Below, piece by piece: positions 1 to 11,747 of a stretch of DNA of 64,000 nucleotides; position 1 is the first letter of the stretch; every line of letters starts with the position of its first letter. Source of the stretch: an uncultured Chloroflexia bacterium. Its GTDB lineage: Bacteria; Chloroflexota; Anaerolineae; CG2-30-64-16. Position numbers and translations under genes: made by a program. The notes beneath the pieces were generated by a model. It saw only the letters and a program-made list of their open reading frames with translations. It had not been told where the DNA came from and ran no database searches. The stretch spans positions 640,001-704,000 of the forward strand of contig CAWEMM010000006.1 in NCBI GenBank assembly GCA_963810095.1, in the 5' to 3' direction.

Positions 1-529
1 GGTTGAACAGGATGCCGGAGCAGGCGAACAGGTCGTAGCTCTCGCGGTAGTTGACCGTAATCCAATGGCCGTAGAGCTTGGCCGCGCCGTACGGACTGCG
101 CGGGTAGAACGGGGTGCTCTCCCGCTGGGGCACTTCCTGCACCTTGCCGAACATCTCGGACGACGAAGCCTGGTAGAAGCGGATATGCCGGTCGACGATG
201 CGGAGGGCGTCGAGCACACGGGTAACGCCGAGCCCGGTGAACTCGCCGGTGAGCACGGGCTGTTGAAAGCTGGTGGGCACGAAGCTTTGCGCCGCGAGGT
301 TGTAGACCTCGTCCGGCCGGTGCTCCTGCAACAGGTTGATGAGGCTCACCTGGTCCAACAGGTCGCCCTGTACGATCGTCAGCTTATCCTGGATGTGGCG
401 CACGCGGTCGAAGTTGATCGTGCTGGTGCGCCGCACCATCCCGATCACTTCGTAACCCTGCCCCAGCAGGAAATCGGCCAGGTACGAGCCGTCCTGCCCG
501 GTAATGCCTGTCACCAATGCCTTTGGCAT
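1..529 (-). CDS. gmd: GDP-mannose 4,6-dehydratase (N-terminal part, runs off window)
   Basis: Minus-strand read from ATG at 529: [22 protein letters not shown]..., later [18 protein letters not shown]; typical Gmd motifs. Confidence 0.93.
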   Translation of the reverse strand, partial: MPKALVTGITGQDGSYLADFLLGQGYEVIGMVRRTSTINFDRVRHIQDKLTIVQGDLLDQVSLINLLQEHRPDEVYNLAAQSFVPTSFQQPVLTGEFTGLGVTRVLDALRIVDRHIRFYQASSSEMFGKVQEVPQRESTPFYPRSPYGAAKLYGHWITVNYRESYDLFACSGILFN

Positions 530-547
530 GATCCCTCACTCATTCAC

Positions 548-594
548 AGACCCGCCAGGTTGCCGCAATTGAGGTGCGCTAACCTGCCACGTCT
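548..594. repeat. REP-like imperfect inverted repeat (AGACCxxCAGGTT family)
   Basis: agacccgccaggtt ... aacctgccacgtct; related to 6780-6830. Confidence 0.55.
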
Positions 595-1551
595 TTACCC
601 AGTCACTTGCCGGCGCCAATCATCGAGCACGTCCCGGACCGTTTGTTCGAACGGAATTTGCGGCTCCCAGCCGGTTTGGCTGCGCAGCTTGGAGCAGTCG
701 CCCACGATCTTCGGGGTGTCGACCGGCCGCAGCCGCTGCGGGTCCTGCCGAACCTCGATCTCCACGCTGGCGTGGCTGAGCAGCGCAACAAGCAGTTCTC
801 TAACCGTGTGCGCTTCGCAGGCGCCGATGTTGTAGACCTCGCCCGGCACGCCGCGCTCGGCGGCCAGCACGTACCCCCGCACGATGTCGCGCACGTCGGA
901 GAAGTCGCGCGCCACGTCGAGCTGGCCCACGCTCATCACGGGGGGACGTAACCCGCTCTCGATCTCCGCGATCTGTGCGGCGAAGTCCGGCGCGACGAAG
1001 CCGCGGCGCTGCCGCGGCCCGATGTGGTTGAACGGCCGCATCCGCACCGCGCGCACGCCGTGGCTAAGATAGTATTGCAGCCCCAGGAAATCCTGGGCGA
1101 TCTTGCTGACCGCATAGGGCGACGTCGGCCGCAGCGGCGCCAGCTCGGTCAGCGGCAAATCTGCTTCCGCCACCTGCCCGTATTCCTCGCTCGAGCCGAT
1201 CACCAGCGTGACCGCCTTGGGCGCCACCTGGACGATGGCCTGCAGCACATTCACCTGGAGCCGGACGTTGTTTTCGAGCGTGTACCACGGATCGATGCGG
1301 CTGAGCGACGGGATCGGCTGGGCGGCCAGGTGGAAGATGACGTCGGGCTTGCTGTCCTCGACGATGCCCTGCACCGTCTCCAAGGCGGACAACTCGGCCT
1401 CGTAGAGGGTCAGCCGCTCGCGCAGGTGCCGGATATTGTCATCGCCGCTGCCGTAGACCGTGCCCGCAACGGCCCAGTCGCCAAGTTGCAGCAGGTGCTC
1501 GGCCAGGTGGCTGCCGACAAAACCCGAGATGCCTGTGATGAGCGCGCGCAA
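595..1551 (-). CDS. NAD-dependent epimerase/dehydratase, Rmd-like (GDP-4-keto-6-deoxy-mannose reductase)
   Basis: LITGISGFVG, GSSEEYG and SPYAVSK motifs; TTG start after GGAGG; adjacent to gmd. Confidence 0.8.
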   Translation of the reverse strand: MRALITGISGFVGSHLAEHLLQLGDWAVAGTVYGSGDDNIRHLRERLTLYEAELSALETVQGIVEDSKPDVIFHLAAQPIPSLSRIDPWYTLENNVRLQVNVLQAIVQVAPKAVTLVIGSSEEYGQVAEADLPLTELAPLRPTSPYAVSKIAQDFLGLQYYLSHGVRAVRMRPFNHIGPRQRRGFVAPDFAAQIAEIESGLRPPVMSVGQLDVARDFSDVRDIVRGYVLAAERGVPGEVYNIGACEAHTVRELLVALLSHASVEIEVRQDPQRLRPVDTPKIVGDCSKLRSQTGWEPQIPFEQTVRDVLDDWRRQVTG

Positions 1552-1645
1552 ACAGCCTCCCTGCCCTGGACCCACGCATGGCGACGAATGTTACTTTCGT
1601 CGCGATTATACCGTAGGACAGGACGAAAGAAAAGAAAACAGACTT

Positions 1646-2880
1646 CTACTCGTCCGGCACGAGTGTCCTGATCACGGCGGGGTCCATCTCGGGCATCCAG
1701 CCGTAGACGTTGACCGTCCCATACTCCCTGAAGCCGTATTTCTCCACGACCCGCTTCGACATCGGGCCCGCGTCGATGGCGGCCAGGTGAAACCCGCGCC
1801 CGCGGGCCGCCTCCAGCCGGTGCTTGAGCAGCGTCGAATACACCTTCTGACCCCGAAACTCAGGCAGGGTCGCGGCGCCTGAGAGGTACATCCTGCCGAA
1901 GCGGAAGTCGGCGGCGGCCATGCCGGCCGGCATTTCGTCGAGGTAGGCCAGGCAATAAAGATGTTTTTGCGTCGCCTCCGCGTCCGCGAGCCGCTCGCGT
2001 AAGGCCTTCCGCTCGTCATCGAGCTGCTCCGCGGGCAGGTGGAACGCCACTGCTTCCATCGCCAGCAAGATCTCGACCCCTGGGTCGTCCGGTCCTTCCA
2101 GGTTGTGGACCGTCACCCGCTCGTTCACCGCGATCTCTGACAGGTCATCCAACCCTAGCCGTGCCATACGCACGTTCTGGCCGGCCAGCATCAGTCCGTG
2201 GCGCTCCAATCGCTCACAGAGGTCCGGCGGCGTGTCGAATGGCATAACCCACCACACGAAACCGGCGCCGCTGCGGGCGTGCTCGGCCAGGATCTTCTCG
2301 ATCTGCCCATCGGCTTCCTCCGCCGTCCAGCGGGCACCGCCGATGAAGTTGCTCGCGGGGTGCGCCTCGCCTGAGCCTGCCCGAGAGATGCGGCGGCTGT
2401 CATTGCGCTGGCGGTTTTGCGGCATCCACTCCCGCACATCCCAACCGTGCCAGAGTTCTTCGAGAAAGGCAGTCACCTCGTCGTCCGCCAGCGTCGCCGG
2501 TGCGACGTAGTCCTTGCGATGCGCGCTAAACAGGGGCTCTGAGCAGTACAGGTCGATTGCCTGGATCAAGCCATCCTTCCGCGAGACGAACAGCGCCCGG
2601 TTATGCTCGACGTACTGGCTCTCCTCGGTCGCGTAGATGCGGAACTGAACCCCGCCGGCGTCGCCGGCCTCTTTCGGCAGGCGAACACTTCGATCACGGG
2701 GTCGGGCCAGCTTCGCCACTCCTCACCGAACCAATCAAGAACCCGCTGCCGCCCGCGCATGGCGATCGCGCCGTCCCAGCGCCAGACGCGCAGGGTAACG
2801 TCTTCTTGCAACAGGTCCCACCTGCGTTGGCCGTCGAGCGTAGAATTGACGAGAGTTGTCACCAGCGTAACGCCGTCCAC
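1646..2880 (-). CDS. SnoaL/NTF2-like N-terminus fused to GNAT acetyltransferase (one frameshift near 2680)
   Basis: ORFs 2566-2880 and 1646-2719 join; C-terminal GAATLPEFRGQKVYSTL GNAT motif. Confidence 0.65.
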
Positions 2881-3080
2881 AGCGCACCTCCTTGCCTGCT
2901 ACACCCATTCATTATACGTCGCCTTCCGCTCATTGAGGCGCGAATGAAGGTCGAGAAAGTCCGCAAAATCGCTGGATGGTTAGCCGCAACGTCTTTGCCG
3001 CCGCGAGTCCCGTTCCGGGCCCTGGTCATGAAGGAGCGCACACGTTCGGGCCAATCGAGTTGCTTCGGCAGTAGCCGATC

Positions 3081-3137
3081 ATGAACAAGCCGGGTATGTG
3101 CGCCAGCTCTGGCGAGCGCAATACCCGGCTTGTTCAT
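3081..3137. repeat. Palindromic element, 17-bp perfect IR with inner hairpin; may also act as terminator after metK
   Basis: atgaacaagccgggtat ... atacccggcttgttcat; inner cgccag/ctggcg. Confidence 0.75.
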
Positions 3138-3169
3138 CCTCCCGACGAGGGCAACGCTGCAGTCGAAGC

Positions 3170-4381
3170 CTACAGCCCCAGCGCCGCCTTCAGCTCGGCG
3201 ACCTTGTCCAGCTTCTCCCACGGCGCGTCGATGTCGTGGCGGCCGAAGTGGCCGTACGCCGCGGTCGCGCGATAGATGGGCCGGCGCAGGTTCAGGTCGC
3301 GGATGATCGCGGCCGGGCGCAGGTCGAAGCAGCTCGTGATGACTTCGACGATCTTCTCGTCGCCCACGTGGCCGGTGCCGAACGTTTCGACGGCAACGCT
3401 GGTGGGCCGCGCCACGCCGATGGCGTAGCTCACCTGGAGCTCCAGACGGTCGGCCGCGCCCGCCGCCACCAGGTTCTTCGCGATGTAGCGCATCATGTAT
3501 GCGGCGGAGCGGTCGACCTTCGTCGGGTCTTTGCCCGAGAACGCGCCACCGCCATGCCGAGCCACGCCGCCGTAGGTGTCCACGATGATCTTGCGGCCGG
3601 TCAGGCCCGAATCGCCCATCGGTCCGCCGACCACAAAGCGGCCGGTGGGGTTGACGAAGATGCGGGTGTCCTTGTCGAGGTATCCGTTGGGCACGACGAA
3701 CTTGATCACACGCTCGTAGATGTCAGACTCGATCTTCGCGTGATCGACCTCGGGCGCATGCTGCGTGGAAACGACGATGGTGTCGACGCGCACCGGTTTG
3801 CCGTGGTGGTACTCCACGGTCACCTGGCTCTTGCCGTCGGGGCGCAGGTAGGGCAGCGTGCCGTCCTTGCGCACCCGCGTCAGCTGCTTGCACAGTTTCT
3901 GCGCCAGGTCGATGCTCAGCGGCATGTACTCCTCGGTCTCGTTGCACGCGAAGCCGATCATCATGCCCTGATCGCCCGCACCGATCGCCTCGATCTGTGC
4001 GTCGGTTATCTCGCCCTGCTTCGCCTCGAGCGCCTTGTCGACGCCGAGCGCGATATCCGGGCTTTGCTCCTTGATCGACACGATCACGCCTGCGGTGTCC
4101 GAGTCGAAGCCGTACTTGGCGCGGGTGTAGCCGATGTCGCGCACGACATCGCGGACCAGCGACGGAATGTCGACGTAGGTGCTGGTCGTGATCTCGCCCA
4201 TCACCAGGATCAGGCCCGTCGTCGTGCTCACTTCGCACGCCACCCGGGCATCGGGATCGTCGGTCAGGATCGCGTCCAGCACGGCGTCGCTGATCTGATC
4301 GCACATCTTGTCGGGATGACCTTCGGTCACCGATTCCGACGTGAAAAAGAACTTGGGGGAACTGGCAAAGGTTGTCGTCAT
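3170..4381 (-). CDS. metK: S-adenosylmethionine synthetase
   Basis: [19 protein letters not shown] and GGGAFSGKD motifs; GGAG RBS before ATG 4381. Confidence 0.98.
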   Translation of the reverse strand: MTTTFASSPKFFFTSESVTEGHPDKMCDQISDAVLDAILTDDPDARVACEVSTTTGLILVMGEITTSTYVDIPSLVRDVVRDIGYTRAKYGFDSDTAGVIVSIKEQSPDIALGVDKALEAKQGEITDAQIEAIGAGDQGMMIGFACNETEEYMPLSIDLAQKLCKQLTRVRKDGTLPYLRPDGKSQVTVEYHHGKPVRVDTIVVSTQHAPEVDHAKIESDIYERVIKFVVPNGYLDKDTRIFVNPTGRFVVGGPMGDSGLTGRKIIVDTYGGVARHGGGAFSGKDPTKVDRSAAYMMRYIAKNLVAAGAADRLELQVSYAIGVARPTSVAVETFGTGHVGDEKIVEVITSCFDLRPAAIIRDLNLRRPIYRATAAYGHFGRHDIDAPWEKLDKVAELKAALGL

Positions 4382-4397
4382 TTGTATCTCCTTATCT

Positions 4398-4425
4398 GTA
4401 GGGACGAGCTTAAGCTCGTCCCTAC
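4398..4425. repeat. GTAG-type REP, perfect 28-bp palindrome
   Basis: gtagggacgagcttaagctcgtccctac equals its own reverse complement. Confidence 0.8.
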
Positions 4426-4432
4426 TAAGCAA

Positions 4433-5695
<1,263 letters not shown>

Positions 5696-5722
5696 TTAGA
5701 ACAAACCTCCTGTGGTTAAGCG

Positions 5723-5789
5723 CTCTAAGACAAAGACACAAAGGCACGATGCTCTCTTTCATTGTGTCCTGGTGTCTTTGTGTTGAGAG
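5723..5789. repeat. ACACAAAG-family palindromic element
   Basis: acaaagacacaaaggcacgatg ... cattgtgtcctggtgtctttgt. Confidence 0.7.
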
Positions 5790-5792
5790 AAG

Positions 5793-6759
5793 CTACTTTC
5801 GATTGAGCATATCTTCCAGCTCGGGCGCGTCGCCGAACACTTCCCGGTAGCGCGCCACGAACTCTGGCACGGTGTAACGGTGGTTCATCGTCCCCACCTG
5901 TTCGAGGCAGTAGGTCGCCGCCAGCGCGCCGATCCGGCCGCTGACCTCCCAGGGGTAGCCCCGGACGAGGCCGACGAGCATCCCGCCGCGGAACGCATCG
6001 CCCACGCCCGTCGGATCGGCGATGTGCTGCGGAGGCGCAACCGGCACGTCGACCCGCCGCTGGGGAGCCATGAAGCTCGCGCCCTCTGCGCCCCGGGTGA
6101 CTACCAGCAAGGCGACCTTCTGCAGGATGCCGGCCTCGTCGAGCCCGGTCTTCTGCTTGAGCACCTCCAGCTCGTAGTCGTTGACGGTCAGGCTGAACGC
6201 GCCGTCAATCCCCTCCAGCACCTGCTCTGCGCTCAGGCGCGGCGAGCTGCTGGCTGGGGTCGAAGATGAACGGCAGCCCGAGTTCCCGGCACTCCCGGCA
6301 GTTGAGGAGCATCCCTTCGGGGTCGTGGGGCGAGATGATGACGTAGTCGATCTCCGCCTTATCGAGGCCCCGGTAGGTCAGCTCCTTGCCCCGCTGCATC
6401 GCGCCCGAGTGGAAGCCGGCGATCTGGTTCTGCTCCAGGTCGGTGATCACGGTGAAGGTGGCGGTGAACTCGTCCGGGTACGTCACGACCAGCGAGGTGT
6501 CGATCCCCTGCAGCTCGAGCCACTGGCGATACTCGGCAAAGTCCTGGCCCACCGTGCCCATCAACCTGGGCCGCTCGCCCAGCAGCGCCATGGTGTAGGC
6601 AATGTTCGGCCCGATGCCGCCCCGGCTCATCTGCTTGTCCTCGACGAGGAAGCTGACGCTGAGCTTGCCGGTCTGCTCGATAAAGATGTGCTCCCGAAAC
6701 TTGCCGGGATACCTCATCAGGTAGTCGGTCGCAATCGACCCGGTCACGATAACTGACAT
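5793..6759 (-). CDS. PfkB-family kinase, adenosine kinase-like (frameshift near 6240)
   Basis: MSVIVTGSIATDYLM..., FDPSQQL, DPTGVGDAFRGG; resembles the actinobacterial adenosine kinase type; next to ahcY. Confidence 0.8.
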
Positions 6760-6779
6760 GCTACTCCTCGTGTTCGCCC

Positions 6780-6830
6780 AGACCTTCGAGGTTTCGACCG
6801 TCACCCGAGGTGACGCAACCTCGCAGGTCC
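6780..6830. repeat. REP-like element (AGACCTxCGAGGTT family) with inner hairpin
   Basis: agaccttcgaggttt ... gtcacc-cga-ggtgac ... aacctcgcaggtc. Confidence 0.7.
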
Positions 6831-7750
6831 TAAAGGCCCCGAAGCTCTTTCGCCTTCTGAACCCGTTCTTCCGCGATCCGGCAGTACTCTTCCGAAATCT
6901 CATACCCGACGTAATGCCGGCCCTCCGGCACCGCGGCCACCGCGGTCGAGCCGCTGCCCATGAACGGGTCGAGCACGACGTCGCCGGGCTTCGTGTACAG
7001 CAGCATCAACCGCCGCGGCAGTTCTTCAGGGAAGGGCGCCGGATGATCTACGCTCGTCTCCGTGGTCATCGACCAGATCGACTCGCTGTCGTCCGCGCCT
7101 TGGGCGCCCTGCGCCCACACCGACCGGGCGATGGACTCGGCGATCCAGGCATCGTCTTTGCCGCGGCGCCGCGCATCGGCCAGCTTGGCCTCGATCTTGC
7201 GCTGCAGGTCCTTCAAGCCATCCTCGGGCCGCCAGATGCTGCGGGTCCAGGCGACGAACTCGTTGCCCGAGATGCCGGTCGCCCCGCCGCCTTCCAGCTT
7301 GAGCTGATCCTTGCTCCACACCGTGATGTACTCGTGCACGTCACGCAGCGTCGGATTGCTGGAACGGCCGAAGCTGCCCCACGCCGTCGAAATGCCGGCC
7401 GACGCGCCCTTGTCCCAGATGATGTGCCCCCGGTGCAGCCAGGTACAGCTGCTTCGCCGCAGCTGCTCGTCGATCAGGCTGACCAGCGAAAGATACGGCT
7501 TGCGGTCCGTGTTCGCCACGTTCACGCACAGCCGCCCGCCGGGAACAAGCACCCGGTGGCACTCGCGCCAGACCGCCTCCAACATCGCCAGGTACTCGTC
7601 CAGCCCCAGGTTGTCGTTATGGACGGTGTAGTCCTTCGCGACGTTGTAGGGCGGCGAGGTGACGACGAGGTGCACGCTGCGGTCGGGCACGCCCGCCATG
7701 CTGCGGGCATCGGCGCAGAAGATGCGGTCAAGGTAGAGATCGTTGGTCAT
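6830..7750 (-). CDS. Site-specific DNA methyltransferase (N4/N6, beta class), no adjacent endonuclease
   Basis: TSPPY motif IV before HPAPFP and VLDPFMGSGST motif I. Confidence 0.9.
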   Translation of the reverse strand: MTNDLYLDRIFCADARSMAGVPDRSVHLVVTSPPYNVAKDYTVHNDNLGLDEYLAMLEAVWRECHRVLVPGGRLCVNVANTDRKPYLSLVSLIDEQLRRSSCTWLHRGHIIWDKGASAGISTAWGSFGRSSNPTLRDVHEYITVWSKDQLKLEGGGATGISGNEFVAWTRSIWRPEDGLKDLQRKIEAKLADARRRGKDDAWIAESIARSVWAQGAQGADDSESIWSMTTETSVDHPAPFPEELPRRLMLLYTKPGDVVLDPFMGSGSTAVAAVPEGRHYVGYEISEEYCRIAEERVQKAKELRGL

Positions 7751-7808
7751 AGCCTCAGGGCCCTGCGGGCGATGGAGTGACGACGGGCCGCTCCGTCCGG
7801 AACGGGGC

Positions 7809-10013
7809 TCATTGCTTGCCTGCCATAACCGGCACGAGCGCGGCCGGCGGGATCGTCGTCAGCCAGGTTTCCCCGGCCGCAACCCCAACCTGCCCATTCC
7901 GCTCGTCATAAATGGCAACGACGGCCGGGTAGTCGCCGGGGGGCATGTCGCCCGGCATCGCCAGGTGCGTCACCTGCACAAACTCTTGTCCCGGCTGCCA
8001 ACCCTGATACGCCAGGGCCAGCAGCTCGTCGGTCTGGGCCCAGGTGCGGCCGCTCGCATCCTGGAGGCGGGCAGACAGTTTGGGCGGCATGTCGCGCGAC
8101 CAGGGCTGCAGCACGCGCCACCGGGTCACCAGGTCGATGCCATCTCCCGACGGCACACTCCCGGCGGCGACGAGTGCCAGCGTGTCGCCGTAGCGCAGCG
8201 GCACACTAAGCCCTCGCACGCCCACCGACTCGAGCGCCGCATCGACCGTCCCTTGATCCAGCGTCGCCACCCTCAGCAACTCTCCGACCGGCTGCGCCCG
8301 GTCGAACAATGGGAGCAGCGCCGCATCCCGGCTGCTCTCGGCCGAGGCGGTCCAGACGTAGGTTGCCCGGCCGCCCTGGGGCGGCAGCGGCAGGCCGTGC
8401 GGCCCGTAAAACCAGGTCACGTCGGCCCGTTTCGGCTGATAGAGCAGGTACGTCTGCTGGTCCAGGTCGAGCCAGAAATCTGTGCTGATGTAAAGCGGGT
8501 CGCCTGCGGGCGCCAGCGCCGAGTAGTCCGCCGCGGCTCGCAGGTCGCCGTTGTAGATGCGCTGCGTGACCACGCTGGCCGGCCAGCGCTCGAAATACGC
8601 CACCGCGTTGTCGGTCCAGTGATCGACAAACAACACGAGGAGGAGCATGCCGGCGACCACCGGCCAGGTGTCCGGTCACAAGCGGAACCGGCCGAAGGCC
8701 ACCCGGCGCACCAGGACGCCCGCGCTCCACAACCCCGCAGCAACGTACACGAACACCAGCGGCATGGCGACGATGGCCCGCAGGTAGAACGGCCCGCCGG
8801 GCGTGATCAGCGCGGGGGCCAGGCCCAGCGCCAGCGCCGTCAGCCAGAGCCGCTCGCGGCGGCTCCGAAACACCCGGGGCAGCGCGACGAGCACGCCCAC
8901 CACGAAGAGCACGGCCAGGACGGGCGAGAGCGCGGGCCTCCCGGGCAGGTTGTACTGGTAGAGCAGGCCGGCCGGCTCACGCCACAGCAGCGTGGCGAGC
9001 CCCTCGCCGATCGTGCGGAGCAGCGGGAGCAGCTGGCCCCGCGCCGCCTCGCTCAACGGGCCGGCGAGCTCCCCCACCCGGCGCTCGGCGCCCGGATGGG
9101 CCCGCAGCCACAGCAGCAGCGGCGCGCTGACCAGGGCCATCACCAACCAGGACAGGAGCAGGCCGGCGACCGGGCCATCCACGAATGAACGAATACCGGC
9201 CGAATGAACCGATTCCCCCGTCGCAACAAGAGACTTCCCCGCTTGCGCGGCCATTCGTTCATTCGTCTGACGTTCGTTCATTCGTGGATGGCCGCGCCGC
9301 ACCCGGCGCACCAGCCACCCGACCCCCTCGTACAGGATCAGCAGCGGGGCCAGGGCGAAGAGCGCCCGAGCCGACAGGTACGTGTAGATCGCCAGCCCAC
9401 CAAACAGCCCGCTCAGCAGGAACGGCCCGAGCGAACCCTTCACAGGAAGGACCGAAGAACCGAAGTTCCCCAAAGGTCCTGAGAGCTTTGTGAGCCTTCG
9501 TGTCTTCGGTTCTTCGTGGTGAAGATCCCCGTCGCGTACAGCGCTCAACCCCCGGTCGAGCCAGTAGATCATCGCCGCGCCGAGCGTCATGGCCGAGATG
9601 GCCCGGAGCCCCACCCGGCCGGTGAACAGGAACCAGAACGAGCCCGCCATGAGCAGGACTGCGACGAGCGCCGCGGCGAACGGCAGCTTGCGCCGGGCGA
9701 GGCCGATGCTGACCGCCGCGCCGAGCGTGGCCCACACGACCGAGGCCAGGCGCAAGCCCCAGATGAACTGCCCGTTCGCCAGCTTGAACAGGGCCGCGGC
9801 CGAGTAGATGAAGAGGGGCTCGCGCCCGAAATTGGCTGTAAAGTAGATGCGATAGCGGCCGTAGAGGAGCTCGATGGCATCTACGATGTTAAAGACCTGG
9901 TCGTGCTGGACGCCGGGCGGGACGTCGTTGAGGCGCACCATGAGCGCAGCAAAGGCGACGAGCACCACTCCCGCCGCCGCCAACGCCCGCCACGTCCGCC
10001 CTGCCAGCCTCAC
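7809..10013 (-). CDS. GT39/ArnT-like membrane glycosyltransferase (frameshift near 8680)
   Basis: [19 protein letters not shown] and multiple TM segments; GTG start overlaps mtnA stop (GTGA). Confidence 0.75.
9173..9293. repeat. Palindromic element inside GT39 CDS, 21-bp perfect terminal IR
   Basis: ggccatccacgaatgaacgaa ... ttcgttcattcgtggatggcc; reading frame stays open. Confidence 0.85.
9438..9524. repeat. 87-bp ACACGAAG-family palindromic element inside GT39 CDS
   Basis: cttcacaggaaggaccgaagaaccgaag ... cttcgtgtcttcggttcttcgtggtgaag; 29 codons. Confidence 0.75.
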
Positions 10014-11169
10014 ACCTGCTCTCCCCGCGACCGTGTACGATTCACACGAAAGACACCGAGACACCAAGAATAGACGTTGTGCCTTGGTGTCTTTGTGTTA
10101 TTCTGTGCACTCTTTGCTCGACGCTGCTGCGCGGCCTCGACGGCCTTGCGGAGGCTGACCTCGAACGGCGGGTAGCAGATGCCCTCTTCGGTGATGATGC
10201 CGGTGAGATAACGGTGCGGCGTGACGTCGAAGGCCGGGTTGTAGACCGCAACACTCTCGGGCGCGATCCGCTCGGCCCCCACCATGGTCACTTCTTCGGC
10301 GTTCCGTTCCTCGATGGGAATCAGGTCGCCGTTGGCCAGGCTCAGGTCGATCGTCGGCGTGGGCACCACCGAGTAGCACGGGATGCCGTTCTCTTTCGCC
10401 AGCACCGCCAGCTTGTACGAGCCGATCTTGTTCGCCACGTCGCCGTTCGCCGCCACCCGGTCCACGCCGTAGAGCACCACCTGCACCCGGCCCAGGCGCA
10501 TGAGCATGCCCGAGGCATTGTCGGCGATGAGGGTCATCGGGATCTCGTCGTGCATGAGCTCCCACGCGGTGAGCCGGGCGCCCTGCAGGCGGGGCCGCGT
10601 CTCGTCCACCCACACGTGGATGCCCTTGCCCCCCTCGTGCGCCGCCCGGATCACGCCCAGCACCGTGCCGTAGTCGACCGTGGCCAGCGAGCCCGCGTTG
10701 CAGTGCGTCAGGATGTTGGCCCCCTGCGGGACGATCTCGGCGCCGAACGCGCCCATGCGCCGGTTGATCTCCACGTCCTCGTCCGCGATGCGGTCCGCCT
10801 CGGCCAGGACCGCCGACCGGATGTCGTCGACGTTAGCAAGAGCACGAGGTGCGCCGCATCGTCCAACACGGTCGTGGTCGCCCAGCTGAGGTTGACCGCA
10901 GTGGGGCGGGACGCATCGAGCACCTGCTTTGCCGCACGGAGGTCGGCCAGCAAGCCGTCGCGATCCGTCGCGCCGCTCTGAAACGCAGCCAGGGCCATGC
11001 CATAAGCGCCCGCCGCGCCGATGGCCGGCGCACCGCGCACGACCATGTCGGTGATGGCCTGCGCCACCGCCCGGTAGTCGTCGTAGGAGAGAACGGTGTA
11101 GGTCAGCGGCAGGATGCGCTGATCGATCATCTTGAGCTGGTTGTTTTCCCACCATAGGGTGCGCGGCAT
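10010..11169 (-). CDS. mtnA: S-methyl-5-thioribose-1-phosphate isomerase (frameshift near 10850)
   Basis: [43 protein letters not shown] and NPAFDVTP motifs. Confidence 0.95.
10043..10107. repeat. ACACAAAG-family element within the mtnA 3' end
   Basis: gacaccgagacaccaag ... cttggtgtctttgtgtt. Confidence 0.7.
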
Positions 11170-11235
11170 CTTGACTTCGTCCTTGACGTCTCTTCGAGAA
11201 ACTGCAGCGTTTCTGCGTCACGAGGCATTAGAAAT

Positions 11236-11261
11236 AAAAACGCCCACCGGAGAGGCGGGCA
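11236..11261 (-). terminator. Intrinsic terminator of the SAM riboswitch expression platform
   Basis: Minus strand gcccgcc-tctcc-ggtgggc followed by gtttttattt. Confidence 0.75.
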
Positions 11262-11284
11262 CAGTAAGACAGCACTTGAGCCGA

Positions 11285-11468
11285 CCTCTCATCTTCCAGA
11301 TTTAGGCGACGCAAGCCGGCGACGCTGACGGAATTGGCACCTGCCTGCCGCTCCGAGACTTCGCCGCCTGCATGGTTTTCACCGTGCCAAAGCGTCGCAA
11401 CCGGTCTCCGGGGCTCCAGGTGGTTGCCGGGGGATCACGGGCCGTTCCCTCCCCCCCTCTGGATGAGT
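11285..11468 (-). ncRNA. SAM-I (S-box) riboswitch with extended P3
   Basis: Minus strand CTCATCCAGAG...GAGGGAACGGCCC...GGCAACC...GGTGCCAATTCC...CTGGAAGATGAG; upstream of mtnA/ahcY/metK. Confidence 0.93.
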
Positions 11469-11538
11469 GTCCAGGGCTAGATTGTCAAAACGCATATCAA
11501 GGCACACGCGTGGCCTGCAACGGCCGTAACAAGGCGCA

Positions 11539-11567
11539 AGTATAGCGCAGGGGGCCGGGCTAGTCAA
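11539..11567 (-). promoter_or_regulatory. Sigma70-type promoter of the SAM cluster
   Basis: TTGACT-N17-TATACT on the minus strand. Confidence 0.7.
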
Positions 11568-11747
11568 AAAAGCGCCGGCCGACTTCGGCCGGGCGTCAGC
11601 CACTCGGCAGGGGATTCCCTGCCATCAGGGCCGGTTGACACGGGCCGTCTTTATGTGATAACAAACAACGAAGTAGTAACTTCTCGCACAGAACCTTGCG
11701 TCCGCATGCCAGCGGCGATGCTCAACAACGGAATGGAGGAAACCCGA

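Noticed and set aside
6830-7750. Restriction-modification system
   Set aside because: No endonuclease or specificity gene is adjacent.
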